A stretch of 64,000 nt of DNA from IMG/VR virus record IMGVR_UViG_3300025015_000010, positions 1 to 64,000 of that record; one strand, written 5' to 3'. Source of the DNA: a virus. Below, in pieces: positions 38,665 through 46,231 of the stretch (position 1 is its first letter; each line of letters begins with the position of its first letter). The notes under the pieces were generated by a model, which saw only the letters and a program-made list of their open reading frames with translations, searched no databases and was not told where the DNA came from. A program made the position numbers and the translations under genes.

Positions 38665-39320
38665 TGCCACAGGAATCCTCATGGAAACTCAAAGATCGCA
38701 AAAATATCAAGCCCGATGAAGTGTCGAGGCTATTTACAGCAGCAAAGAATTCCAGTATTCGTGATTATATTATGTTGGCTTTGACAGCCAATATGGGGCT
38801 CAGGGTCGGTGAGCTAGTACAATTGAAGTTTGAGGATTTTTTGCCCCAACAAGGTATCGCTTTAGTCAAGACGTTAAAGCAAAAAGAAGCCGTAGTGGAC
38901 GAACTCAATGTAGATAAGGGTGTTTTCGAATTAGTAGACGAGTGGAAGAAAGCCTCAGGTCGTTCACGAGGTTGGTTGTTTCCTGGGAAGAATCCTGAGC
39001 AGCCTATAACAACTCGTGGAGCCCAAAAGATATTCGAAAGAGCAGCGCGAGCAGCAGGAATTGAGACAGACGCCCCGCTAGCCTTGGTTGATTCAAATAA
39101 TGCCAGAGGTAAAGGCATACATTCATTGAGGCATTATCGCGGGACTGTATTGGCTACATCAGGGGCAGACATGCCAACAGTGGCCAGACAACTTCGGCAC
39201 AAGTCACTCCAGGCTACGCAAGCATATTTTGACACTTTAAATGAGTCCAGTGCAGTCCGTAAAGTTGGTACACTGAAGATAGCAAACTCCATTAAACGAA
39301 AATTTAATCTGGAGGATTAA
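38664..39320 (+). CDS. Tyrosine recombinase (catalytic domain only)
   Basis: GLRVGEL, HSLRH, LRHKS..ATQAY. Confidence 0.9.
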   Translation: MPQESSWKLKDRKNIKPDEVSRLFTAAKNSSIRDYIMLALTANMGLRVGELVQLKFEDFLPQQGIALVKTLKQKEAVVDELNVDKGVFELVDEWKKASGRSRGWLFPGKNPEQPITTRGAQKIFERAARAAGIETDAPLALVDSNNARGKGIHSLRHYRGTVLATSGADMPTVARQLRHKSLQATQAYFDTLNESSAVRKVGTLKIANSIKRKFNLED

Positions 39321-39767
39321 ATGCTACCATATACGCAGGTTTCAAATGTCACGCCTATTCCAGCCCAGCGGGTGATCGTTGTTTCCAAGATAGGGGAACA
39401 GTGGATTGTTCGAATGGCTGGGTTGGTGGCTCCTACATTTCTAACGGCTGCACCTATGCCAGTGTTGAAGATTGAGCGCGAGCCATGGCAAAGTACTGAC
39501 GACGATGCAGAACGTCATCAGGCCCAGCCATCGATTGCAGTAACCATAGGCAGCGCTAACGAAATCGATGAAATTCTGAACAGTTCTCCAGAGTCATTTT
39601 TTATAGTGGAAAATGGTCATAATGATGCTTACGTATTTACAAGAATTTCACCGTTGGCACCTAATGTACATGTAGGCGGGTATCCAAAAGTATTTTCCAG
39701 CATGAGAGAATTGGCTAAGTATATCGTGGATATTTTGAGTGCAAATACGACTTTAACTGTAAATTAA
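39321..39767 (+). CDS. Hypothetical protein
   Basis: SD ggagg; abuts the previous stop. Confidence 0.55.
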   Translation: MLPYTQVSNVTPIPAQRVIVVSKIGEQWIVRMAGLVAPTFLTAAPMPVLKIEREPWQSTDDDAERHQAQPSIAVTIGSANEIDEILNSSPESFFIVENGHNDAYVFTRISPLAPNVHVGGYPKVFSSMRELAKYIVDILSANTTLTVN

Positions 39768-39848
39768 TCTGTGCCATTAAGGCACAAAAAGTCCACTGTT
39801 GAGGTGGCAGAAGTCCTGCATGAGCAGGCAGATTAAGTGAGGAACATC

Positions 39849-40673
39849 ATGGCAGATTATAGTTTGGCAGTGTTGGTACACGGCAACGCAGTAAAGACGT
39901 ACGAACACAACAGTAAGACGTACGTAGAGGGCCGCAAAGGGTCTGAGTTTTCTATTCAGCTTCGCAACAATACAAGTTCCCAAGTTGAAGCCGTAGTTTC
40001 TGTAGATGGCAAGTCCGTGAACAACGGTGAAGCAGCCGCGTATGCGACTCGTGGCTACATTTTAGATGCTCACAGCACGCTCACAATTCCAGGCTGGCGG
40101 TTAAATAACCAGGAAGTTGCAAAATTTGGTTTTAACAGCGTTGGTGGATCATATGCGGCAAAGACAGGTGTGCCCGAAAATATTGGTGTTATTTCAGCCG
40201 CTTTCTTCAAAGAGAAGGTCAGTGTTTCGTTGGGTGGATCGGCAATTACAGTCTATTCTACGCAGCCGTGGGTTTACCAGAATCTGCAATGGCCAGAGTA
40301 TCCTAATAAGTTTTGGCTTAGCTCAGGCGGCACAACTGCCGACAGTTACAAAGGTTTGCGAAGCTGTACTACGTCTGCGAGCCTGAATTCTGGGCCTGCT
40401 TGTGCGGGTCACGAAGGCGCCCTTTGTGCGGATCAAACCAGCCAGAATATTGGTATTAGCTTCGGTCAAAAGGCAGATCATCAGGTGCATGAGGTATCTT
40501 TCGTTCGCGCCTCAGTGTCTCCTGATTCAGTAATCTCAGTTTATTATAATGACCGTCAAGGGCTTGAAACTATTGGTATTAACTTCAAGCCTGTGTCCAA
40601 GATAGCCGCTCCAAACCCATTTCCTGGTAATCCCGGTCAGGCATGCAAACCGCCCGACGGTTGGGTAGGCTAA
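39849..40673 (+). CDS. Conserved phage-type hypothetical protein
   Basis: EAVVSVDG, IPGWR, GVISAAFF.E and PFPG motifs; SD gagg before ATG 39849. Confidence 0.7.
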   Translation: MADYSLAVLVHGNAVKTYEHNSKTYVEGRKGSEFSIQLRNNTSSQVEAVVSVDGKSVNNGEAAAYATRGYILDAHSTLTIPGWRLNNQEVAKFGFNSVGGSYAAKTGVPENIGVISAAFFKEKVSVSLGGSAITVYSTQPWVYQNLQWPEYPNKFWLSSGGTTADSYKGLRSCTTSASLNSGPACAGHEGALCADQTSQNIGISFGQKADHQVHEVSFVRASVSPDSVISVYYNDRQGLETIGINFKPVSKIAAPNPFPGNPGQACKPPDGWVG

Positions 40674-40691
40674 AATTCTTCGAGAAAGTAG

Positions 40692-40720
40692 TTGACATTA
40701 GCTCGCACAAGTGGTATAGT
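40692..40720 (+). promoter_or_regulatory. Strong sigma70 promoter heading the ncRNA/Ro60 locus
   Basis: TTGACA-17-TATAGT with TG extension. Confidence 0.8.
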
Positions 40721-40769
40721 ACTAGCATAAGAAACAAATGACTTTGGAAACGGAGTCAAATTATGAAAA

Positions 40770-41061
40770 ATAGCGCGTAGATCCATGGGCCATAGCGAGA
40801 ATCCTAACAAAAAGTGCTACCAAGGCACCTCTATCCTACCTGTAAGGAATCGGACTGAGCATGTATGGCGGTATTGGGCAAAGCTCGCAAAGGTCCAAGC
40901 TAGGGATTGGACAATAAGATCCTTGGAGCCGGGTGAAAACCTCACTTCGTGTGACAGCAGGAAACCTGCTTTCAATCCTATTAGCGATTCGTTACCAGTA
41001 TACTGTTCGGGTAACGTCACTCATTCATGATTGTCATAAATGGGTATGAGAAATTGAACGG
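40770..41061 (+). mobile_element. Orphan IS607 right end (tnpB 3' tail plus omegaRNA scaffold)
   Basis: Colinear, gap-free match to 48692-48983; the last 85 nt differ at one base; ends at ..gaaattgaacGG. Confidence 0.9.
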
Positions 41062-41099
41062 TTGCCATGTTAAAGTCCCGGAAACGGAACGAAATTAAC

Positions 41100-41357
41100 C
41101 TCTTGGTGCAGTACAGCGAAGTGAAAGCACAGGAATAATTCTAGTGGATATAGCCGTAATCTATAGTACGAGTTGGCCATAGTAACTATAGTTGTGAGCA
41201 AGGCTGCTAGATACGTTGGACGACAGACGGTGACCTATGCCGGAAATGTACTTTGCGCCTTAATTGGCGGCGTACGAGCAAGGCTGATTAATCGTCAGCC
41301 TACTTAGCCTTCTAAAGATGCCGTAGTTCGTGTCGGTGAAAGCCCGGCCACCGAGAG
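41100..41357 (+). ncRNA. Candidate ~258-nt structured RNA with a tRNA-like terminal stem and T-arm
   Basis: ctcttggtg/caccgagag terminal stem abutting gtcgg-tgaaagc-ccggc; internal hairpins; no ORF in the track. Confidence 0.55.
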
Positions 41358-41371
41358 TTTAATTTTAGAAT

Positions 41372-41440
41372 ACTGAACGAGACGCTTTTGCAGGGTTATC
41401 CTATGGAGATAAAATCCTGCATACTAATTTGCCGTTCAGT
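41372..41440 (+). ncRNA. Y-RNA-like element 1
   Basis: actgaacg/cgttcagt stem, tgcaggg/tcctgca stem, GGTTATC motif. Confidence 0.55.
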
Positions 41441-41449
41441 TTTGTTTGT

Positions 41450-41546
41450 GTGGTACGGATGTTTGGGTTACCTACTGAGAAGTGATCCTCTTTAACTGGA
41501 TCACAAATAACAAGTAACACCCTAGCCCAAGCAAACACTTGACCGC
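41450..41546 (+). ncRNA. Y-RNA-like element 2
   Basis: GTGGTACG...TTGACCGC Ro-binding-type stem; tgtttggg/cccaagca; GGTTACC. Confidence 0.75.
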
Positions 41547-41563
41547 TTCTACAAACGAATATC

Positions 41564-41637
41564 GTGGTACGAATGCTTTTGGTTACCTTCAAATGGAAGT
41601 GGCTTCGGTCACAGAGCCAAAACAACTACTTGACCAC
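41564..41637 (+). ncRNA. Y-RNA-like element 3
   Basis: GTGGTACG...TTGACCAC; ttttgg/ccaaaa; GGTTACC. Confidence 0.75.
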
Positions 41638-41663
41638 ATTATTTTAACCAGAGGAGATTATCG

Positions 41664-43313
41664 ATGTCGAGTTATTTGAAGACTGCTGCGAATCGTAATC
41701 AGAGTACTACACTCCAGACCGAACAGGCACGCGAAGACCAGGTAGTCAACAACGCTGGTGGTTATGTATTTAGCCAGGATGCTTGGTTGAAGGTGAGGTC
41801 GTTTCTTATTCTTGGTGCCGAAGGTGGTACTTACTATGTCGGCGAGAAAGAATTGACTAAGCAGAACACCACTAATTTGCAGGCTTGTCTCAAGGAAGAT
41901 GGGCCACGCTTGGTGCAGTTGATACGCGAGGTATCAGTTAACGGTCTGGCGTCCAAGCAGTCAGCTACCTTGTTTTCCTTGGCGCTAGCCGCTGCGGATG
42001 GTAATGCTGCTACTCGTACGGAAGTTTTGAAGGTACGCGACGAAATTCTGCGTACTGGTTCACATCTGGAAGAATTTGCCAGTTATTTGCTTGGGCTCGG
42101 CTCAAAGTCTTCTAGGTTTACTCGCAGGCTGCTCGGTGGTTGGTACAATAAGCCTATTGACGATCTTGCTTATCAGGCTGTCAAGTACCAGTCCCGTGAA
42201 GGCGTGAGTCACCGCGATATTTTGCGCGTCGCCCATCCCAGGCCAGCGAGTGCATCTCACGATCACTTGTTTAAGTGGGTTGTAGATGGTTCAGCAACAA
42301 CAAAGCCGGTTCCAGAAAAGTTTGCTAACAGAATCAATGTAAAAGCTTTGAAGTCTGTCTTGCAGTTACCAGCGATTGTACAAGCTTTCGAGCGGGCTAA
42401 GGCAGCAACTACTGATACCGAGATTGTGCAGCTTATTACAGAGCATAATCTTCCTCGCGAGTGTATTCCCACACAGTGGCTGAATTCGATTCCAGTGTGG
42501 GAAGCCTTATTGGCAAAGATGCCATTGACCGCGCTGATTCGTAATTTAGGGAAGATGTCTTCGGTCGGACTACTTAGGCCACTTAATGAGGCTTCTAAGC
42601 TGATTGTAGAGAAGCTTAATGACCAAGAGTACTTGACCAAGTCTAGGATTCATCCTATCGGTGTATTGTCGGCTCTGAAGACTTACGAAAGTGGTCACGG
42701 CGTTCGTGGTAAGCTATCTTGGGAACCAGTCAAGCAGGTAATTGATGCGTTGGATAGTGCGTTCTATAAGACGTTTAAGAATGTAGAACCCACTGGCAAG
42801 AACTTCCTACTAGCCTTAGACGTATCAGGTTCGATGGGTGAGGGAGATGTGGGTGGCGTACCTGGATTGAGTCCACGCGAAGCTTCTGCGGCTATGGCTC
42901 TAGTGACTGCTGCCACTGAACCAAACTACGAAATTTTTGGATTTTCAAATAGCTTTGTAAGACTTAATATTACACCCAGGATGCGCTTGGATCAGGCTAC
43001 GAAGGTCATTAGTAATCTGCCATTTGATGGCACAGATTGCTCATTACCAATTCAGTATGCAGATAGGCAGGGCTTAAACGTGGACACGTTTATTGTCTAT
43101 ACTGACAGCGAGACTTACACAGGCAGAATTCATCCGTTCCAGGCTCTCAAGAAGTACCGCGCTAAGACGGGTAAGTTTTCTAAATTGATCGTTGTTGGTA
43201 TGGTTTCCAATGGTTTTACGATTGCAGATCCAAATGACCGAGGCTCACTAGACGTAGTTGGTTTTGACTCATCTGTACCCGAGGTTATTAGGTCGTTTAC
43301 TCTAGCTCAGTAA
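41664..43313 (+). CDS. rsr: Ro60 / Rsr TROVE-domain RNA-binding protein with vWA domain
   Basis: NNAGGYVF, FLILG.EGGTYY, KYQSREG.SHRD.LR.AHP, MPLTALIRNLG, DVSGSM, YTDSET, DVVGFD. Confidence 0.95.
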   Translation: MSSYLKTAANRNQSTTLQTEQAREDQVVNNAGGYVFSQDAWLKVRSFLILGAEGGTYYVGEKELTKQNTTNLQACLKEDGPRLVQLIREVSVNGLASKQSATLFSLALAAADGNAATRTEVLKVRDEILRTGSHLEEFASYLLGLGSKSSRFTRRLLGGWYNKPIDDLAYQAVKYQSREGVSHRDILRVAHPRPASASHDHLFKWVVDGSATTKPVPEKFANRINVKALKSVLQLPAIVQAFERAKAATTDTEIVQLITEHNLPRECIPTQWLNSIPVWEALLAKMPLTALIRNLGKMSSVGLLRPLNEASKLIVEKLNDQEYLTKSRIHPIGVLSALKTYESGHGVRGKLSWEPVKQVIDALDSAFYKTFKNVEPTGKNFLLALDVSGSMGEGDVGGVPGLSPREASAAMALVTAATEPNYEIFGFSNSFVRLNITPRMRLDQATKVISNLPFDGTDCSLPIQYADRQGLNVDTFIVYTDSETYTGRIHPFQALKKYRAKTGKFSKLIVVGMVSNGFTIADPNDRGSLDVVGFDSSVPEVIRSFTLAQ

Positions 43314-43320
43314 AAGCATT

Positions 43321-43450
43321 AGTCGGTACGTCAGTACTGGGTTATCTTCTTAGGGAAGTGAGGCACAGGTTCGAATCCTGTCGGGTGACGCGAGTCACAC
43401 GTAGCTTAGTGGACAGAGCGCATTAGCTCCAGTACAGTATTTGACCGGCT
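43321..43450 (+). ncRNA. YrlA-type Y RNA (circularly permuted tRNA mimic)
   Basis: agtcggtacg...ttgaccggct stem; T-arm acagg-ttcgaat-cctgt precedes a closed acceptor-like hairpin and the D-arm tagcttagtggacagagc. Confidence 0.85.
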
Positions 43451-43457
43451 TTATTTT

Positions 43458-43588
43458 AGGCTGTACGTAGTTTTGGATTATCATCCAATCAGAAGGTTGT
43501 AGTTGTTACTACCATGGCATTCTATGCTGTGTAGCTCAAAAATAGAGCATCTGACAAAAAAAATATCTAAAGCAAAATTTGACAGCCT
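43458..43588 (+). ncRNA. Second YrlA-type Y RNA with a degenerate T-loop
   Basis: aggctgtacg...ttgacagcct; tcaga/tctga, gtagt/actac, catggcat/atgctgtg, tagctc-aaaaata-gagc. Confidence 0.75.
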
Positions 43589-43609
43589 ATTTTTTAGGGA
43601 AACAAAGTA

Positions 43610-43834
43610 ATGCTAATAATCTGTCAGCCAGATTTCGAAGGTAATATCAGGTCAGTGTACGTTGAGATTTGTGATCGACCTATATTCGATACGGACAAGG
43701 CATCCAAGTTAGCTCGTGTAGATTATACAAAGGATGGTATTGTAGTAGGCATTGAGCTAGTTGGTGGAATATCAAGAACAGCAATTGAGCGCGCTTTTAA
43801 GGTGGCTATAGAACAGTCATCAGTTAAGCAGTAA
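43610..43834 (+). CDS. DUF2283-like small protein
   Basis: VDYTKDGIVVGIELVG motif. Confidence 0.55.
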   Translation: MLIICQPDFEGNIRSVYVEICDRPIFDTDKASKLARVDYTKDGIVVGIELVGGISRTAIERAFKVAIEQSSVKQ

Positions 43835-43884
43835 CTTCGTGGTGTTCGTAAAACGGTTACTCGGATTTTGCTAGACTAATACAT

Positions 43885-43956
43885 TGCGGGGTGGAGCAGT
43901 GGCAGCTCAGAAGGCTCATAATCTTCAGATCGCAGGTTCGATTCCTGCCCCCGCTA
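43885..43956 (+). tRNA. tRNA-Met(CAT), initiator-like
   Basis: Cloverleaf; 1:72 mismatch, A11:U24; anticodon loop CTCATAA; CCA not encoded. Confidence 0.9.
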
Positions 43957-43969
43957 GAAATAAGGTAGA

Positions 43970-44044
43970 ATGGACGTACTAGGTTATACGATAGTGATTG
44001 CAGCATTCGCTGTGGCCATATTCTTAGCTCGCAAAGTACTATGA
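43970..44044 (+). CDS. 24-aa hydrophobic peptide
   Basis: MDVLGYTIVIAAFAVAIFLARKVL; SD aagg; abuts the GIY-YIG start. Confidence 0.45.
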   Translation: MDVLGYTIVIAAFAVAIFLARKVL

Positions 44045-44776
44045 GTGCTTATGATAGTGTCAGAGAATAAAGGCTCTCTTAATGTGAAAGTTTATGGCTT
44101 TATTTACCGTATTACTAATATAATAAACGGAAAGCACTATATAGGGCAGACACTTCGAACGGTGCAGAAACGATTTTCCAGTCATTGTTGGAATTCTATG
44201 CTAGAAAAGTGTAACATGCCGATAACAAGAGCTATACGAAAATATGGCAAGAATAATTTTGATCTAGTAACTTTATGCGAATGCGCTTCTCAACTAGAGC
44301 TAGATGAAATGGAAATTCGTTATGTCAAGGATTTGAAGACATTTGTTCCACACGGATATAATTTAAAAGCCGGTCAGGGTCGCGGAATTACATCTGAGAT
44401 AACTAAGAAACGTATAGGAGATGCAAACAGAGGTAAGAAAGTTGGTGTAGAAGCTAGGCAGCACATGTCAGATGCACATAAGGGCAAAAAATTATCGGAC
44501 ACACAGGTTCAGAAACTCAGGGATAAGTATAGAGGACGGCAGGTGAGTAGTTTGGGTCGGGTAGCTACTAGTTTAAAATCTGCTAAGACATTTTTATTCA
44601 TGGACCCACACGGTGTAATATTATGTATTCGTAATATGAGACAATATTGCGTTGATTATGGGCTCAGTCCATCAAAAATGTGTCTAGTGTCACAAGGAAA
44701 AAGAAATTATCATAAAGGATGGAGGATTTGTACTTCTGCGGTCATAATTGGCGACGCCATCTTAGTAGGTTGCTGA
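44045..44776 (+). CDS. GIY-YIG homing endonuclease with NUMOD3-like repeats
   Basis: GFIY...YIGQT, AIRKYG..NF, GYNL, MSDAHKGKKLS. Confidence 0.9.
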   Translation: MLMIVSENKGSLNVKVYGFIYRITNIINGKHYIGQTLRTVQKRFSSHCWNSMLEKCNMPITRAIRKYGKNNFDLVTLCECASQLELDEMEIRYVKDLKTFVPHGYNLKAGQGRGITSEITKKRIGDANRGKKVGVEARQHMSDAHKGKKLSDTQVQKLRDKYRGRQVSSLGRVATSLKSAKTFLFMDPHGVILCIRNMRQYCVDYGLSPSKMCLVSQGKRNYHKGWRICTSAVIIGDAILVGC

Positions 44777-44833
44777 TGAAAATTCGAGATGAGTTGCGAG
44801 GTAGGTTGCGAGCTTTGTAGATTTAGAAAGGAT

Positions 44834-44943
44834 ACTCTGGTTGGCGTGTCGCAGATACAGTTTCCCCTCCTTTTCTGTGTTTGTGACCGAGGCTTTGCTG
44901 TCAGACCGTCATAGTTTCGACGCGGGTCAGAGCCAACCAGAGT
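44834..44943 (+). ncRNA. Candidate sRNA with an anti-SD loop
   Basis: Perfect 12-bp terminal stem actctggttggc/gccaaccagagt; 13-bp hairpin presenting tttcccctcctttt; U-tract follows. Confidence 0.65.
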
Positions 44944-44952
44944 TTTTAACTT

Positions 44953-45450
44953 ATGAGCGTTAGCAAATTTGAGCAGTGGCTATCCGCTAGAGTCAAAGAT
45001 CGTCAAGCCTGGGGCGCCGACAATATAAGTCTTCCAATAGCTTTTTGGAATGATGATGGTAAATCTCTTGATGTCTACTTATCCAATGACGAAGCCTATT
45101 CTGAGTGGATTGATCGTCGCGTAAGTATCCAGCGAGCGGTCAAGGATAATAGGTTGATAGGTATAACTTTTGAGCACCTAGACGATATCGATGCCGCTGT
45201 TCAAAAGCTTTCGCCAGATACACATGAATACAAGTCGTTTTTGATCTATCGTCAGGTGATTTCAACATACAGAAGTTTTGCACGCGGGCATGTGGATTTG
45301 GCCAGTTTAATTTCGCTTCTCTACTTGGTCTTCGATCCGCAGCCTTCAGCAGTATACGACGAGATTGAGCAGGTAGGTCGTGAGGTTGGATTGATTCCAA
45401 TAGACAGTGGTAAACAGGAATTGTTAGATCATTTCACTGGAGTGTTATGA
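44953..45450 (+). CDS. Hypothetical protein
   Basis: Packed ORF. Confidence 0.55.
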   Translation: MSVSKFEQWLSARVKDRQAWGADNISLPIAFWNDDGKSLDVYLSNDEAYSEWIDRRVSIQRAVKDNRLIGITFEHLDDIDAAVQKLSPDTHEYKSFLIYRQVISTYRSFARGHVDLASLISLLYLVFDPQPSAVYDEIEQVGREVGLIPIDSGKQELLDHFTGVL

Positions 45451-45746
45451 GTCTTATAGGTAGTCATTTACGAGTACTGGTCACAGCATGGAATCTCAAG
45501 CGTCGAGGTTATCATGATTTTAGATTGTGTTCTAAGTGTGGCAAGAATCAGACAGGTTATGAGTTTATCGCTATGTGTAACGGCACGAGTCCAGATGATT
45601 GTCCCAACTGCGGCGGTGTAAACACATCAAAGCGTCCATGGCCTCTGCCTCAGATCGCTCGTGTAGAGGCTACGGGCGAGCCTATGATGCGAAAACTGGA
45701 AGGTCAAGAGTTGATCGAGGCTTGGAAAGTACTAGGTCCAGACTAA
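45447..45746 (+). CDS. Zinc-ribbon protein
   Basis: CSKCG...CPNCGG. Confidence 0.6.
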   Translation: MSLIGSHLRVLVTAWNLKRRGYHDFRLCSKCGKNQTGYEFIAMCNGTSPDDCPNCGGVNTSKRPWPLPQIARVEATGEPMMRKLEGQELIEAWKVLGPD

Positions 45747-46231
45747 TGGCTGATACACTCAACTCTATATGGTCTGGTACGACAACGCAGTATTGCACGG
45801 GTAAAGTCCCGATGTCGCCTAAAGTAACCAGAGTAGTCGTTAGTGCTATTATCCGCAGTCATGGCCAGATATTGATAGGCCAGCGGACTAAAGAGCCGTA
45901 CCAAGAAAAATATACATTTCCTGGTGGAAAGATTAATTTTCTTGAATCGTTGCAAGTCGCTTTAGCCCGTGAAGTCCACGAAGAAACAGGCTTGAGCATT
46001 AATCCAGCTAATGTCAAGCAGTTAGTGACATCGGAGTGGATTGATCCAGTAGATGAGATTCACTACATCGATGTGTTGTTCGAGGTTGTAGATTTTGATG
46101 GCGAGCCGAGAGCGGCCAGCGACATGTCCAGTTTGCAGTTTGTGGACGCAGGTCATTTGGCTGATTATGATCTAGCTCCTTATGCATACAAAACAGTCAG
46201 CGATCTGATTAAGATTGGATACCATTTTTGA
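45746..46231 (+). CDS. NUDIX hydrolase
   Basis: PGGKINFLESLQVALAREVHEETGL Nudix box. Confidence 0.9.
   Translation: MADTLNSIWSGTTTQYCTGKVPMSPKVTRVVVSAIIRSHGQILIGQRTKEPYQEKYTFPGGKINFLESLQVALAREVHEETGLSINPANVKQLVTSEWIDPVDEIHYIDVLFEVVDFDGEPRAASDMSSLQFVDAGHLADYDLAPYAYKTVSDLIKIGYHF

Noticed and set aside
40785-41030. 81-aa ORF as a real gene
   Set aside because: It is only the C-terminal tail of a truncated tnpB
41100-41357. tmRNA or group I/II intron
   Set aside because: No G3-U70, CCA or tag ORF; no recognisable P7 or domain V
43365-43419. Ordinary tRNA gene
   Set aside because: The T-arm precedes the D-arm and there is no anticodon loop or free acceptor end; it is part of a YrlA-like RNA
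43838-44010. Sixth Y RNA enclosing tRNA-Met (ggttact motif, cgtaaaac/gttatacg)
   Set aside because: Pairing is weak, TTGAC is absent, and the 3' side is better explained by a small ORF
44045-44776. Intron-encoded GIY-YIG
   Set aside because: No interrupted gene or intron core was seen in the flanks; it appears free-standing
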